A DNA stretch of 64,000 nucleotides from Pelagibacteraceae bacterium AG-414-E02 (lineage in GTDB: Bacteria > Pseudomonadota > Alphaproteobacteria > Pelagibacterales > Pelagibacteraceae): the NCBI GenBank assembly GCA_003214615.1, contig QCLK01000004.1, positions 36,301 to 100,300 of the forward strand, read 5' to 3'. The notes below the pieces were generated by a model. That model searched no databases. It saw only the letters and a list, made by a program, of their open reading frames with translations, and was not told the origin of the DNA. The translations under genes were made by a program, and so were the position numbers. Each line of letters starts with the position of its first letter. The stretch's first letter is position 1. Below are positions 1 to 8,473 of the stretch, one piece after another.

Positions 1-315
1 CTCGATTAAATATCTATAATCTTTTTCTGTGTAGGTGGTATATGCGGGAACAGTTATTCCATTAGCTAACATGATTGCCAAATCTGTTATCAACCATTCA
101 GGTCTATTTTCTGAAACTAACAAACATCTATCACCATCTGAAATATTTTCTTTTATAACTTTCGCAAGTTTATAAATACATGCTGAAGTTTCGCCCCAGG
201 TATATTTTTTTTTATTTTTGGGATTTAACCATTCTAAAAAAGGTGTATTAGAACTTTCTTTTTTAGCTTGGTAAAAAAATAAATCAACTAAACTGTTATA
301 ATCTTTTGAATTCAT
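1..315 (-). CDS. AMP-dependent synthetase / long-chain acyl-CoA ligase, N-terminal fragment (rest lies beyond window start)
   Basis: Hand translation of the minus strand from ATG (313-315) gives MNSKDYNSLVDLFFYQAKKESSNTPFLEWLNPKNKKKYTWGETSACIYKLAKVIKENISDGDRCLLVSENRPEWLITDLAIMLANGITVPAYTTYTEKDYRYLIE, open to position 1. This resembles the N-terminus of FadD-like AMP-binding enzymes. It is absent from the ORF track because it is truncated. Confidence 0.55.
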   Translation of the reverse strand, partial: MNSKDYNSLVDLFFYQAKKESSNTPFLEWLNPKNKKKYTWGETSACIYKLAKVIKENISDGDRCLLVSENRPEWLITDLAIMLANGITVPAYTTYTEKDYRYLIE

Positions 316-322
316 TAAGTTT

Positions 323-409
323 TGGTGGGCAAAGAGAGAATCGAACTCTCACAGTATTGCTACCACAGGATTTTGAGTCCTGCGCGTCTACCAGTTCCGC
401 CATTCGCCC
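323..409 (-). tRNA. tRNA-Leu (anticodon CAA), 87 nt with long variable arm, CCA encoded
   Basis: The reverse complement is GGGCGAATGGCGGAACTGGTAGACGCGCAGGACTCAAAATCCTGTGGTAGCAATACTGTGAGAGTTCGATTCTCTCTTTGCCCACCA. Acceptor stem is GGGCGAA/TTTGCCC, anticodon stem CAGGA/TCCTG with loop CTCAAAA, and T-loop GTTCGATTC. Confidence 0.9.
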
Positions 410-435
410 ATTTCTCCTTTTATAATGGTATTATG

Positions 436-1281
436 CTATTTTTTTCTTATGAATGCAATTTCAGAATGATCACTCAAACCTTCAATTAAATAATTTTTTT
501 TATTTTTACATTTAAAAAATTTTACGGTTTCTATATTTTTTTTAATATAATCAACTTCATTATGACTTAAAAATTGAGTGTTAACCTCATCGCCAGAGAT
601 TATCTTTTGCAAGATTATTTTTAGATTAATGGATTCTTTTGTAGGATTGTACATTTCATGAATTTCAGGAAAATTTAAATCTTCTACTATATAAATGCCA
701 CCATTTTTTAGATTTTTGAAATTTTCAACAAAGCATATAATTTGATCAACAAGTTTGTGACTACAATCTTCAAAAATTAAATCAAATTTTAAATTTAAAT
801 GATTGGTTAGTCTCTTCATTATATTTTTTGAAGAAATATCAACATATACATTTCTTATTCTTTTTGACTTATAGCGAATTCTAAATGGATTATTATCTGC
901 GCCAATCAAATTGGAATTTGGAAAATAAAAATAAAAACTAGCTAAGCCGTTACCTCTGGCTGTTCCAATTTCTAATATATTCATATTTTTATTCTTAATT
1001 TCTTTTAAATTTTCATGAAAAAAATCTTCGTAATTGTGTTCCTTTTTTAAACTATTAAAATGTTCAAATAAATAAAATAAATCCTTATTGTATAAATCTT
1101 TATTTTTTGACGAAATTTTATCCAAGTTTTTTTTATAAAAAAAATTATAAAAAATTAAATCTAAGACAATAAACTTATAGAAAAATACAATGCCTACTCT
1201 AAATAATTTTATTATTTTTTTTTTTTCAAAAAAACTTCTATGTACATTTTTAATGCTAAATAAAAAATCGCTAAACAACAT
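436..1281 (-). CDS. class I SAM-dependent methyltransferase-like protein (family unverified)
   Basis: 281-aa ORF. It has Rossmann motif I ILEIGTARGNG, then IGADNNP, IFEDCSH and GGIYIVEDL, the layout of class I methyltransferases. The N-terminal ~50 aa are hydrophobic. GC is about 20% by hand count of seven 60-nt lines. Confidence 0.6.
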   Translation of the reverse strand: MLFSDFLFSIKNVHRSFFEKKKIIKLFRVGIVFFYKFIVLDLIFYNFFYKKNLDKISSKNKDLYNKDLFYLFEHFNSLKKEHNYEDFFHENLKEIKNKNMNILEIGTARGNGLASFYFYFPNSNLIGADNNPFRIRYKSKRIRNVYVDISSKNIMKRLTNHLNLKFDLIFEDCSHKLVDQIICFVENFKNLKNGGIYIVEDLNFPEIHEMYNPTKESINLKIILQKIISGDEVNTQFLSHNEVDYIKKNIETVKFFKCKNKKNYLIEGLSDHSEIAFIRKK

Positions 1282-1306
1282 TACAATATCATGCCTTAGT
1301 TTTCCT

Positions 1307-1381
1307 TGGCGATCCCGGCGGGAATCGAACCTGCAACTGCTCCTTAGGAGGGAGCCGTTATATCCATTTAACTACGAGACC
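1307..1381 (-). tRNA. tRNA-Arg (anticodon CCT), 75 nt, CCA encoded
   Basis: The reverse complement is GGTCTCGTAGTTAAATGGATATAACGGCTCCCTCCTAAGGAGCAGTTGCAGGTTCGATTCCCGCCGGGATCGCCA. Acceptor stem is GGTCTCG/CGGGATC (two G-U pairs), D stem GTTA/TAAC, and anticodon stem GCTCC/GGAGC with loop CTCCTAA. The T stem has one A-C mismatch. Confidence 0.85.
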
Positions 1382-2224
1382 CTTTTAACAAAATATACAA
1401 ATATTAATGAGGTAACGAACATTATCAAACTATAAGTAGCTGCAGGTATAACATACATTCCCCCACCAAAAATTGAACTTCCTACAAATATGGCTAGCGT
1501 TCCGTTCTGTAAACCACATTCAATTGTAATACATTTTTTTTTGTTTTATTCCTGAGGCCAATGATTGAGCGACAAAATAAGCAACAACCATCATAACTAC
1601 ATTAAGAATTAAAGTTATCAGACCTGCCTGAGCAAAATAAGAAATAACATTTTCCCTTTCTGCTGCAATTGCTCCTATTAAAACCAGAACAAAAAGTAAA
1701 ATAGAAATTTTTTTAGTAACTGGTTCAAATTTTAGTGTCAAGGTAGAAACAAATTTTCTAAATAGCATGCCCAGTAATACCGGAACTGTAATAATTAAAA
1801 ACATATCTACTGACATACCAATTACAGAAATATCTTGTGCTACATTTGAATCGCTTAATAATCCTACCGATGTTAAAACAATAAATGGAATTGTAATAAC
1901 ACAAACTAAACTAATTATTGCTGTAAGAGATATCGAAAGAGCAACATCTCCTTCTGCAAAAGAAGTTAATAAATTTGATGTCACACCACCAGGAGCTGCT
2001 GCAATAATCATTACTCCAATGGCAAGTTCGGGAGCGATAGGCCATATTTTTACTAAAATAAATGCGATAATTGGTAAAATAATAATTTGAGAAAATGCAC
2101 CTACAAAGAAATCGCGTGGCTGCTTTAAAACTCTTATAAAATCTCCACCGGTTAGTCCTAGGCCCAAACTGAACATTATAAAGGCTAAGGCAAGTGGCAA
2201 GATTACATCTGTAACAATATTCAT
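1372..2224 (-). pseudogene. bile acid:Na+ symporter (BASS/SBF) family transporter, reading frame interrupted in an A9 homopolymer
   Basis: The track ORF 1520-2224 (234 aa) has the BASS motif AAAPGGVTSNLLT and ends ...GIKQKKMYYN*. The missing C-terminus, CITIECGLQNGTLAIFVGSSIFGGGMYVIPAATYSLIMFVTSLIFVYFVKRVS* (ECGxQN motif), is read in the adjacent frame from 1533 down to TAG at 1372-1374. The frames join if the A9 run (T9 on the plus strand, 1534-1542) is A8. Confidence 0.65.
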
Positions 2225-2266
2225 AAAAAAATAGTATAAGATAAATAAATAACTTTAAATAATAAA

Positions 2267-2863
2267 ATGATTAAAAAATTATACGATAAATGTATAGCTT
2301 GGGCCGGGTATAAATATGCCAAGTTAATTTTAGCAATAGAGGCTTTTGTAGAAAGCTCTTTTTTCCCAATACCGCCAGATGTAATGATTATTCCAATGGT
2401 AGTAGCAAAAAGAAAAGAATTTATTAATATAGCTTTAATAGCAACAATTTTTTCAGTATTGGGTGCGTTGTTCGGCTATTATATAGGTTATTCTTTAAAT
2501 GAATTTGCGATCAAAATTTTTGAATTTTACGGATATGAATATTCTGGCTCATTTAAAGAAAAATTTTCAACTGGTGGCGGTTTAACTACTTGGTTAGGAA
2601 TACTATTTACAGCAGGTTTTACACCTCTTCCATTTAAGCTTTTAACTATTTCTAGTGGAATTATTCATTTTAACTTATTATTTTTTATTTTTATATGCTT
2701 AATAACAAGAGGTTTACGATTTTTTTTGGTTGCTTATTTAAGTTACAGATTTGGACACAAAATAGCCCCTTTCTTAGAAAAATACGGAACTAAGTGGAGC
2801 ATCATCATTACTGTAGCAATTATAATTTTAGCAGCATTAGTTTATTTTTTATTTTTAAAATAG
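2267..2863 (+). CDS. YqaA/DedA-superfamily inner membrane protein
   Basis: 198-aa multi-TM ORF with ...EAFVESSFFPIPPDVMIIPM..., typical of YqaA-like DedA proteins. Confidence 0.7.
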   Translation: MIKKLYDKCIAWAGYKYAKLILAIEAFVESSFFPIPPDVMIIPMVVAKRKEFINIALIATIFSVLGALFGYYIGYSLNEFAIKIFEFYGYEYSGSFKEKFSTGGGLTTWLGILFTAGFTPLPFKLLTISSGIIHFNLLFFIFICLITRGLRFFLVAYLSYRFGHKIAPFLEKYGTKWSIIITVAIIILAALVYFLFLK

Positions 2864-2866
2864 AAA

Positions 2867-3349
2867 ATGGTAAATCAAATTAATAAAAAAATTCTAATTT
2901 CTATACTAATCTTTATTAGTTTAATATTAGCTTCAGCTTTTATAATTCAATATGGATTAGACCATAAACCTTGCAAATTATGCCTGTATGAACGTATTCC
3001 TTATTTTCTTTCAATTTTATTAATAATGAAATTCTTTTTGATAAAAAGTTATGAAAAAATTACTTTATTAATATTATCTTTAGTATTTATTGCTAGCTCA
3101 ATTTTAGCTTTTTATCATTTTGGCATTGAACAGGGTTTTTTTACCGAGTCACTACTATGTTCAACAGAAAATTTATCTGAAACACTATCCAAAGAACAAA
3201 TTTTGGAGCAACTAAAGCAAAATACTATAAGTTGTAAAGAAGTTAGTTTTGAAGTACTGGGTTTTTCCCTTGCAGCAATTAATACTATTTTTTCTATTAT
3301 TTTAAGTGTTATATTTATTAAACTATTTATAAATTATGGAAAAAACTAA
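2867..3349 (+). CDS. disulfide bond formation protein B family (DsbB-like)
   Basis: 160 aa with four predicted TM segments. The first loop has CxxC in PCKLCLYERIPY and the second loop carries a second Cys pair. Confidence 0.65.
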   Translation: MVNQINKKILISILIFISLILASAFIIQYGLDHKPCKLCLYERIPYFLSILLIMKFFLIKSYEKITLLILSLVFIASSILAFYHFGIEQGFFTESLLCSTENLSETLSKEQILEQLKQNTISCKEVSFEVLGFSLAAINTIFSIILSVIFIKLFINYGKN

Positions 3350-3869
3350 CCAAAAAACTCTGGAAGAAATAATAAGAGTTGATCATGCTGGCGAACGTGG
3401 TGCTATTAAAATTTACGAAGGGCAACTATTAGCTTTAAAAACTATTAAAAAAGATGATTCTCTAAAAGATAAAATTGAAGAAATGAAAGAACATGAAAAA
3501 GAACACTTAGAATATTTCGAAAAGGAAATTCAAAAAAGAAAAATAAAACCTACTTATTTACTTCCTTTGTGGGATATCATGGGAGTTACTCTAGGTTTTG
3601 GAACCGCGCTTTTAGGAAAAAAAGCAGCTATGCTTTGTACAGCTTCGGTTGAAGAAGTAATTGAAGATCATTATAAAAATCAGCTTAAAAAATTAGGTAA
3701 CGATGAAATGGTTTTAAAAGCTAAAATTGAAAAATTTAAAAATGATGAAGTGGGGCATAAAAATATTGCTTACGAATCTGGCGCTACAAATGTAGGACTT
3801 TATTCAATTATGGATAAAGTAATTAAAACTGGTTCGAGAATAGCTATAACAATTTCCGAAAAAATTTAA
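3336..3869 (+). CDS. coq7: demethoxyubiquinone hydroxylase (COQ7 family, di-iron)
   Basis: 177 aa with RVDHAGERGAIKIYEGQ at the N-terminus and a repeated ExxH-type segment (EHEKEHLEYF, DEVGHKN). Confidence 0.8.
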   Translation: MEKTNQKTLEEIIRVDHAGERGAIKIYEGQLLALKTIKKDDSLKDKIEEMKEHEKEHLEYFEKEIQKRKIKPTYLLPLWDIMGVTLGFGTALLGKKAAMLCTASVEEVIEDHYKNQLKKLGNDEMVLKAKIEKFKNDEVGHKNIAYESGATNVGLYSIMDKVIKTGSRIAITISEKI

Positions 3870-3874
3870 TTTTA

Positions 3875-4444
3875 TTAAGGTAAGAGCTCAACGTCCCAAT
3901 ACAGATAATCCATCCAACTCTCGTGCAAAAAATTAGGAGGAAAATTTCTTCCATTTTCATGCAAATCTTCAATTGTTGGTCTGAAAGGTTTTCTATTTAG
4001 CCTCATTCCTGATAATGAATACAATCTTCCACCTTTTTTTACATTACATGTAGAACATGCTGTAACTACATTTTCCCAGTCAGTAACTCCACCTTTTGAC
4101 TTTGGTAGCAAATGATCAAAGGTTAAGTCTTTATTCATGCCACAATATTGGCAAGAAAACTTATCTCTTAAAAAAACATTAAATCTTGTAAAATTTGGAT
4201 TTTTTGATGGTTTAATAAAACTTTTCAATGCAATAACACTTGGTAGACTCATTTCAAATGATGGACTCCTTACTTTTCTTTTATAATTTGAAACAATACT
4301 AACTCTATTGAGAAACACAGACTTAATTGCATCTTGCCAACACCACAGCGATAGAGGGTAATAGCTTAAAGGTCTAAAATCAGCGTTTAACACTAATGCT
4401 GGACATTTTTCTAATGGAACTTTTTCAGTGGCTGCTATTATCAT
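3875..4444 (-). CDS. HNH endonuclease family protein
   Basis: 189 aa with CQYCG...LTFDHLLPKSKGGVTDWENVVTACSTCNVKKG, an HNH/zinc-finger nuclease motif. Confidence 0.75.
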   Translation of the reverse strand: MIIAATEKVPLEKCPALVLNADFRPLSYYPLSLWCWQDAIKSVFLNRVSIVSNYKRKVRSPSFEMSLPSVIALKSFIKPSKNPNFTRFNVFLRDKFSCQYCGMNKDLTFDHLLPKSKGGVTDWENVVTACSTCNVKKGGRLYSLSGMRLNRKPFRPTIEDLHENGRNFPPNFLHESWMDYLYWDVELLP

Positions 4445-4447
4445 GTT

Positions 4448-4488
4448 AATAAGTTAGCTGATTAGAATAAGTTTTGCAAGAATAAGTT
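4448..4488. repeat. three direct copies of AATAAGTT (4448-4455, 4466-4473, 4481-4488)
   Basis: Read directly from the 63-bp spacer between the HNH gene start and the esterase gene stop. Function is unknown. Confidence 0.5.
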
Positions 4489-4507
4489 TATGAAAAAAAT
4501 GTTTCAA

Positions 4508-5164
4508 TTATAAAAGATTTTTTTTTAAAAAACTTAATCCTAGACTAGAACCCTCGACAGGAATTCTATGTTCACAATTTTTAAACATTTTAGTTTTAAC
4601 ATTAATGCCTAGCTTTTTAAAATATTCCTTTGCTTCTAACAAATGTGTAGGTGAAACAATAGTATCATTTTCACCATGCATTAAAAAAATTTTTGGTTTG
4701 GAGTTAAAATTATCTGATAAATGTTTTTGATTTATTACTTTTCCCGAATAACCTATTAAACAATTTATTTGTTGTTTTTTTTTAATTCCTGTTTGAATGC
4801 TTATCATACAACCTTGGCTAAAACCAACGAGAGCTAGGTCTTTTGGAGTTAGTTGAAGATTATCAAAAACTTGATCTAAAAATAAATTTAATTTTTCTTC
4901 AGCGATTAAAGATTTCTCAAGAATTATTTCTTCTTTTTCCGAGCTTAAATCAAACCATTGATAGCCTTGTGGATTGATAGAGCAAACCTCAGGTGCATTA
5001 GGACATAAAAAAATTGCATCTGGTAGAAAACGTTGCCAATTTATGGCAAGAGCACTTATATCTTTTCCATCACCGCCGTAACCATGACATAATACTATTG
5101 CCTGGCGAGGTTTATTTTTTGATAAAGGGTTTATAGTTGTAACTTCTAAATTATAATTAGTCAT
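4508..5164 (-). CDS. phospholipase/carboxylesterase family alpha/beta hydrolase
   Basis: 218 aa with nucleophile elbow GFSQG, HGYGG near the N-terminus and a late HGENDTIV...H triad layout. Confidence 0.7.
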   Translation of the reverse strand: MTNYNLEVTTINPLSKNKPRQAIVLCHGYGGDGKDISALAINWQRFLPDAIFLCPNAPEVCSINPQGYQWFDLSSEKEEIILEKSLIAEEKLNLFLDQVFDNLQLTPKDLALVGFSQGCMISIQTGIKKKQQINCLIGYSGKVINQKHLSDNFNSKPKIFLMHGENDTIVSPTHLLEAKEYFKKLGINVKTKMFKNCEHRIPVEGSSLGLSFLKKNLL

Positions 5165-5696
5165 ATTTTGATAACCATTTTACAAACTTTTTATCTTGAA
5201 AGTTAACTTCTCCAATGATCCTAGCAAATTCTTCTCCTTTTTTGTTTATTAAAACTGTAGTTGGAACTCCTCTCAATTTAAATTCTTTTACAAAATTTAA
5301 TTCTGAATCGAAAAAAATTTTTAATTTTTTTATTTTAAGATTATTAAAAAACTTCTTTGTTTTTAATCTATTTGGTTCTTCCATATTTACAGCAAAAACT
5401 TGTAAATTTTTAAAGTCATCACTTTGATAAAGCTCGTCAAGGGAAGGCATTTCTTTCTTGCAAGGTGCACACCAAGTAGCCCAAAAATTAATTACCACTA
5501 ATTTGCCGTTGTAATCATCTAAACTGATTTTATTACCCGAAAAATCCTCAAATACTATTGGCGAAATTTGCTTTGGAATTTCATTTATAGCTATATTATT
5601 AAGTGGAACATCTTCATTTGTTTGTGCTATTGATGAAAAAATACTAAAACAAAATATAAGAGTTAAAAATTTTATAATTTTTTGATTTATAAACAT
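5157..5696 (-). CDS. tlpA: TlpA-like periplasmic thiol:disulfide oxidoreductase (thioredoxin fold)
   Basis: 179 aa with a signal/anchor sequence and WATWCAPCKKEMP. It is divergent from argH, as in other alphaproteobacteria. Confidence 0.7.
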   Translation of the reverse strand: MFINQKIIKFLTLIFCFSIFSSIAQTNEDVPLNNIAINEIPKQISPIVFEDFSGNKISLDDYNGKLVVINFWATWCAPCKKEMPSLDELYQSDDFKNLQVFAVNMEEPNRLKTKKFFNNLKIKKLKIFFDSELNFVKEFKLRGVPTTVLINKKGEEFARIIGEVNFQDKKFVKWLSKYD

Positions 5697-5716
5697 TAGA
5701 AATAAGAACTTAACAC

Positions 5717-7105
5717 ATGAAAAGTAAAAATAAAGCTGTTTGGGGTACTAGATTTAATAAGCCCATATCAAAAAAATTTGAAAAAATTGGCGCATCTATA
5801 GATATAGACAAAAGATTATTTGAAGAAGATATTCTTGGGTCCATAGTTCATGCTCAAATGCTTGGTAAGCAAAAAATAATCAATAAAAAAAGGAGTAAAA
5901 AAATAATTGGCGGTTTAAAAAAAATAAGAAATGAAATCAAAAGAAATAAATTTAATTTTAGCAAAAAATATGAAGATATTCATTTAAACATTGAGAAAAG
6001 GCTTTTTACAATCATTGGTTCTGATGCTGGTTATTTGCATATAGCAAGATCTAGAAATGACCAAGTAATTACAGATTTTAAATTATGGATAAAAAAATCC
6101 TCAATAGAAGTAATTAAAAATATAAATGGTTTAATTAAAAGTTTTTTAAAAAAAGCAGAAGGAAATATTAAGACGATTATGCCTGGTTTCACCCATTTAA
6201 AAAATGCTCAACCAATTGCTTTTGCACATTATCTATTAGCTTATGTTGAAATGTTTAAAAGAGATAAAGAGAGATTTGTTAATAATATTAATTATATTAA
6301 TGAATGCCCGCTTGGAGTTGGCGCATTGGCTGGCACATCATACAAAATAGATAGAAATTTTACTTCAAAAAAATTAGGTTTTAAAAAACCTACCAATAAT
6401 TCTATTGATACAGTATCTGATAGAGATTTTGCTTTAGATTTTTTATCATCAGCATCTATATGTGCAGTACATATATCAAGGTTAGCTGAAGAATTAATTA
6501 TATGGAATTCAGATATTTTTAAACTTATTAAATTTGATGATAAAATGCTGACTGGCTCATCAATAATGCCTCAAAAGAAAAATCCTGATCCTGCTGAATT
6601 AATCAGAGGAAGAGCCGGAGAAAATTTTGGAAAACTTCAGGCAATGTTAACAACTATGAAAGGTTTGCCTCTTTCATACTACAAAGATATGCAAGAAGAC
6701 AAAAAGCTAGTATTTGACAGTTTTGATATTCTTATGGAATCAATTTTAATCTCAAATGAATTAGTAAAGAGTTTAAAACCAAATAAAGAAAGAATGTTAT
6801 CTTTAGCAAACGAAGGTTACACAACCGCAACTGATTTTGCTGATTATCTTGTTCAAAACAAAAATCTTTCATTTAGGGAGGGTTATATAATTTCCGCAAA
6901 ACTGGTAAATTATGCTGAAAAGAAAAAAAAGAAATTAAACGAACTTGATTTAAATGAAATTAGAAAAATTAAAAAGGATTTAGATAAAGATGTAATGAAG
7001 GTATTTGATGTTAGAAATTCAGTAAATTTAAAAACGTCTTATGGAGGAACTTCTACAAAAAATATCAAAAAAATGATATCAAAACTTAAAAAGGAATTTA
7101 AATAA
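5717..7105 (+). CDS. argH: argininosuccinate lyase
   Basis: 462 aa with the fumarate-lyase signature GSSIMPQKKNPD, plus HIARSRNDQV and TH(L)KNAQP motifs. Confidence 0.9.
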   Translation: MKSKNKAVWGTRFNKPISKKFEKIGASIDIDKRLFEEDILGSIVHAQMLGKQKIINKKRSKKIIGGLKKIRNEIKRNKFNFSKKYEDIHLNIEKRLFTIIGSDAGYLHIARSRNDQVITDFKLWIKKSSIEVIKNINGLIKSFLKKAEGNIKTIMPGFTHLKNAQPIAFAHYLLAYVEMFKRDKERFVNNINYINECPLGVGALAGTSYKIDRNFTSKKLGFKKPTNNSIDTVSDRDFALDFLSSASICAVHISRLAEELIIWNSDIFKLIKFDDKMLTGSSIMPQKKNPDPAELIRGRAGENFGKLQAMLTTMKGLPLSYYKDMQEDKKLVFDSFDILMESILISNELVKSLKPNKERMLSLANEGYTTATDFADYLVQNKNLSFREGYIISAKLVNYAEKKKKKLNELDLNEIRKIKKDLDKDVMKVFDVRNSVNLKTSYGGTSTKNIKKMISKLKKEFK

Positions 7106-7221
7106 TGAGAAAGTTGTTTGTTATTATTACTTTAGGAATAATTTGTACGTCTTGTGGAGTAAAGGATAAACCTAAATACGAAGCACAGGATCAAAAAAAT
7201 AATAATATTTATATAATTTAA
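7105..7221 (+). CDS. small lipoprotein (38 aa; LptM/LppL-like position)
   Basis: The ATG overlaps the argH stop (TAATG). The product is MRKLFVIITLGIICTSCGVKDKPKYEAQDQKNNNIYII, a signal peptide plus a lipobox-like ...CTSC/G. It is below the ORF-track size cut-off. A small lipoprotein gene upstream of lysA is common in proteobacteria. Confidence 0.5.
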   Translation: MRKLFVIITLGIICTSCGVKDKPKYEAQDQKNNNIYII

Positions 7222-7226
7222 AACCA

Positions 7227-8456
7227 ATGAACTATATTAGGCTAAGGAAAAATAACCTTTATGTTGATAATATATCGACTCTTAAATTAGTAAAAAAGTA
7301 TGAGACACCTTTTTACTGCTACTCATTATCACAGTTAAAAAATAATTATTATCGTTTTAATAACGCATTTAAGGAAATCGAACCAATAATATGTTTTTCG
7401 GTAAAATCAAACGCTAATCTAAATTTACTTAGAGAACTAAAAAAAATGGGCGCAGGTGCTGATGTTGTTTCTATCGGTGAACTATTCAAAGCAATAAAAG
7501 CTGGAATAAATCCAAATAAAATAGTTTTTTCTGGTATCGGCAAAACTGAAAAAGAAATAAAAGCCGCTATAAAAAAAAATATACTTTTAATTAACATAGA
7601 GTCAGAAAGCGAAGCTAACCTCATTAATAGTATTTCAAAAAAATTTTCTAAAAAAACTTCAATAGGAATAAGGTTAAATCCTAATGTAACTGGTAAAACG
7701 CACCAAAAAATATCTACGGGAGGGAAAGATGAAAAATTTGGCTTGGTTTACAAAGATTTTATAAATCTTTGTAAAAAAATAAATAAAATGAAAAATTTAC
7801 ATTTAAAAGGTATAAGCGTTCATATTGGTAGCCAAATAACAAGCGTCGAACCATTTAAAAAAGTTTTAATAATAATAGATAAAATAATTAATAAGACCAA
7901 AATAAATTTTGAATTTATTGATCTCGGTGGGGGTATGGGAATTTCTTACTTAAAAAAAGAAAAACAAATTAATCTAAAAAAATATGCAAAATTAGTAAAT
8001 AAATTTTTAAAAAACAAAGATTCAAAAATTATATTTGAGCCCGGAAGGTTTATTATAGGAAATGCTGGCATTTTGATTACCAAAATTATTTACATAAAAA
8101 AAAGTAATAATAGAAATTTTGTTATATTAGATGCTGGAATGAATAATTTAATGCGGCCTGCTTTATATAATGCTCACCATGAAATTGTTTCCTTAAAAAA
8201 AACAGGAAAATCTTTAAGGGAGAATTTTAAATTTGTAGGCCCTGTTTGTGAAAGTTCAGATAAATTTTCTGACAAAAAAAACTTTTCCAATATCAGAGAA
8301 GGTGAATATGTAGCTCTTTTAAATGTTGGAGCTTATGGAATGTCTTTGTCTTCAAATTACAATACTAGACCCACTATAGCTGAAGTTATGGTTAGTGGTT
8401 CTAAACATAAAATAATTAAAAAAAGACAAAGTTTAGAAAATTTAATTAATAATTAA
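7227..8456 (+). CDS. lysA: diaminopimelate decarboxylase
   Basis: 409 aa, a group IV PLP decarboxylase. It has FSVKSN (PLP lysine), DLGGGMGISY and VGPVCESSD. Confidence 0.9.
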   Translation: MNYIRLRKNNLYVDNISTLKLVKKYETPFYCYSLSQLKNNYYRFNNAFKEIEPIICFSVKSNANLNLLRELKKMGAGADVVSIGELFKAIKAGINPNKIVFSGIGKTEKEIKAAIKKNILLINIESESEANLINSISKKFSKKTSIGIRLNPNVTGKTHQKISTGGKDEKFGLVYKDFINLCKKINKMKNLHLKGISVHIGSQITSVEPFKKVLIIIDKIINKTKINFEFIDLGGGMGISYLKKEKQINLKKYAKLVNKFLKNKDSKIIFEPGRFIIGNAGILITKIIYIKKSNNRNFVILDAGMNNLMRPALYNAHHEIVSLKKTGKSLRENFKFVGPVCESSDKFSDKKNFSNIREGEYVALLNVGAYGMSLSSNYNTRPTIAEVMVSGSKHKIIKKRQSLENLINN

Positions 8457-8473
8457 TTTAAAAATTAATAAAA

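Noticed and set aside
1190-1435. 81-aa plus-strand ORF from the track
   Set aside because: It runs antisense through the start of the methyltransferase gene and straight across tRNA-Arg (1307-1381). It is low-complexity and is explained by AT-rich sequence.
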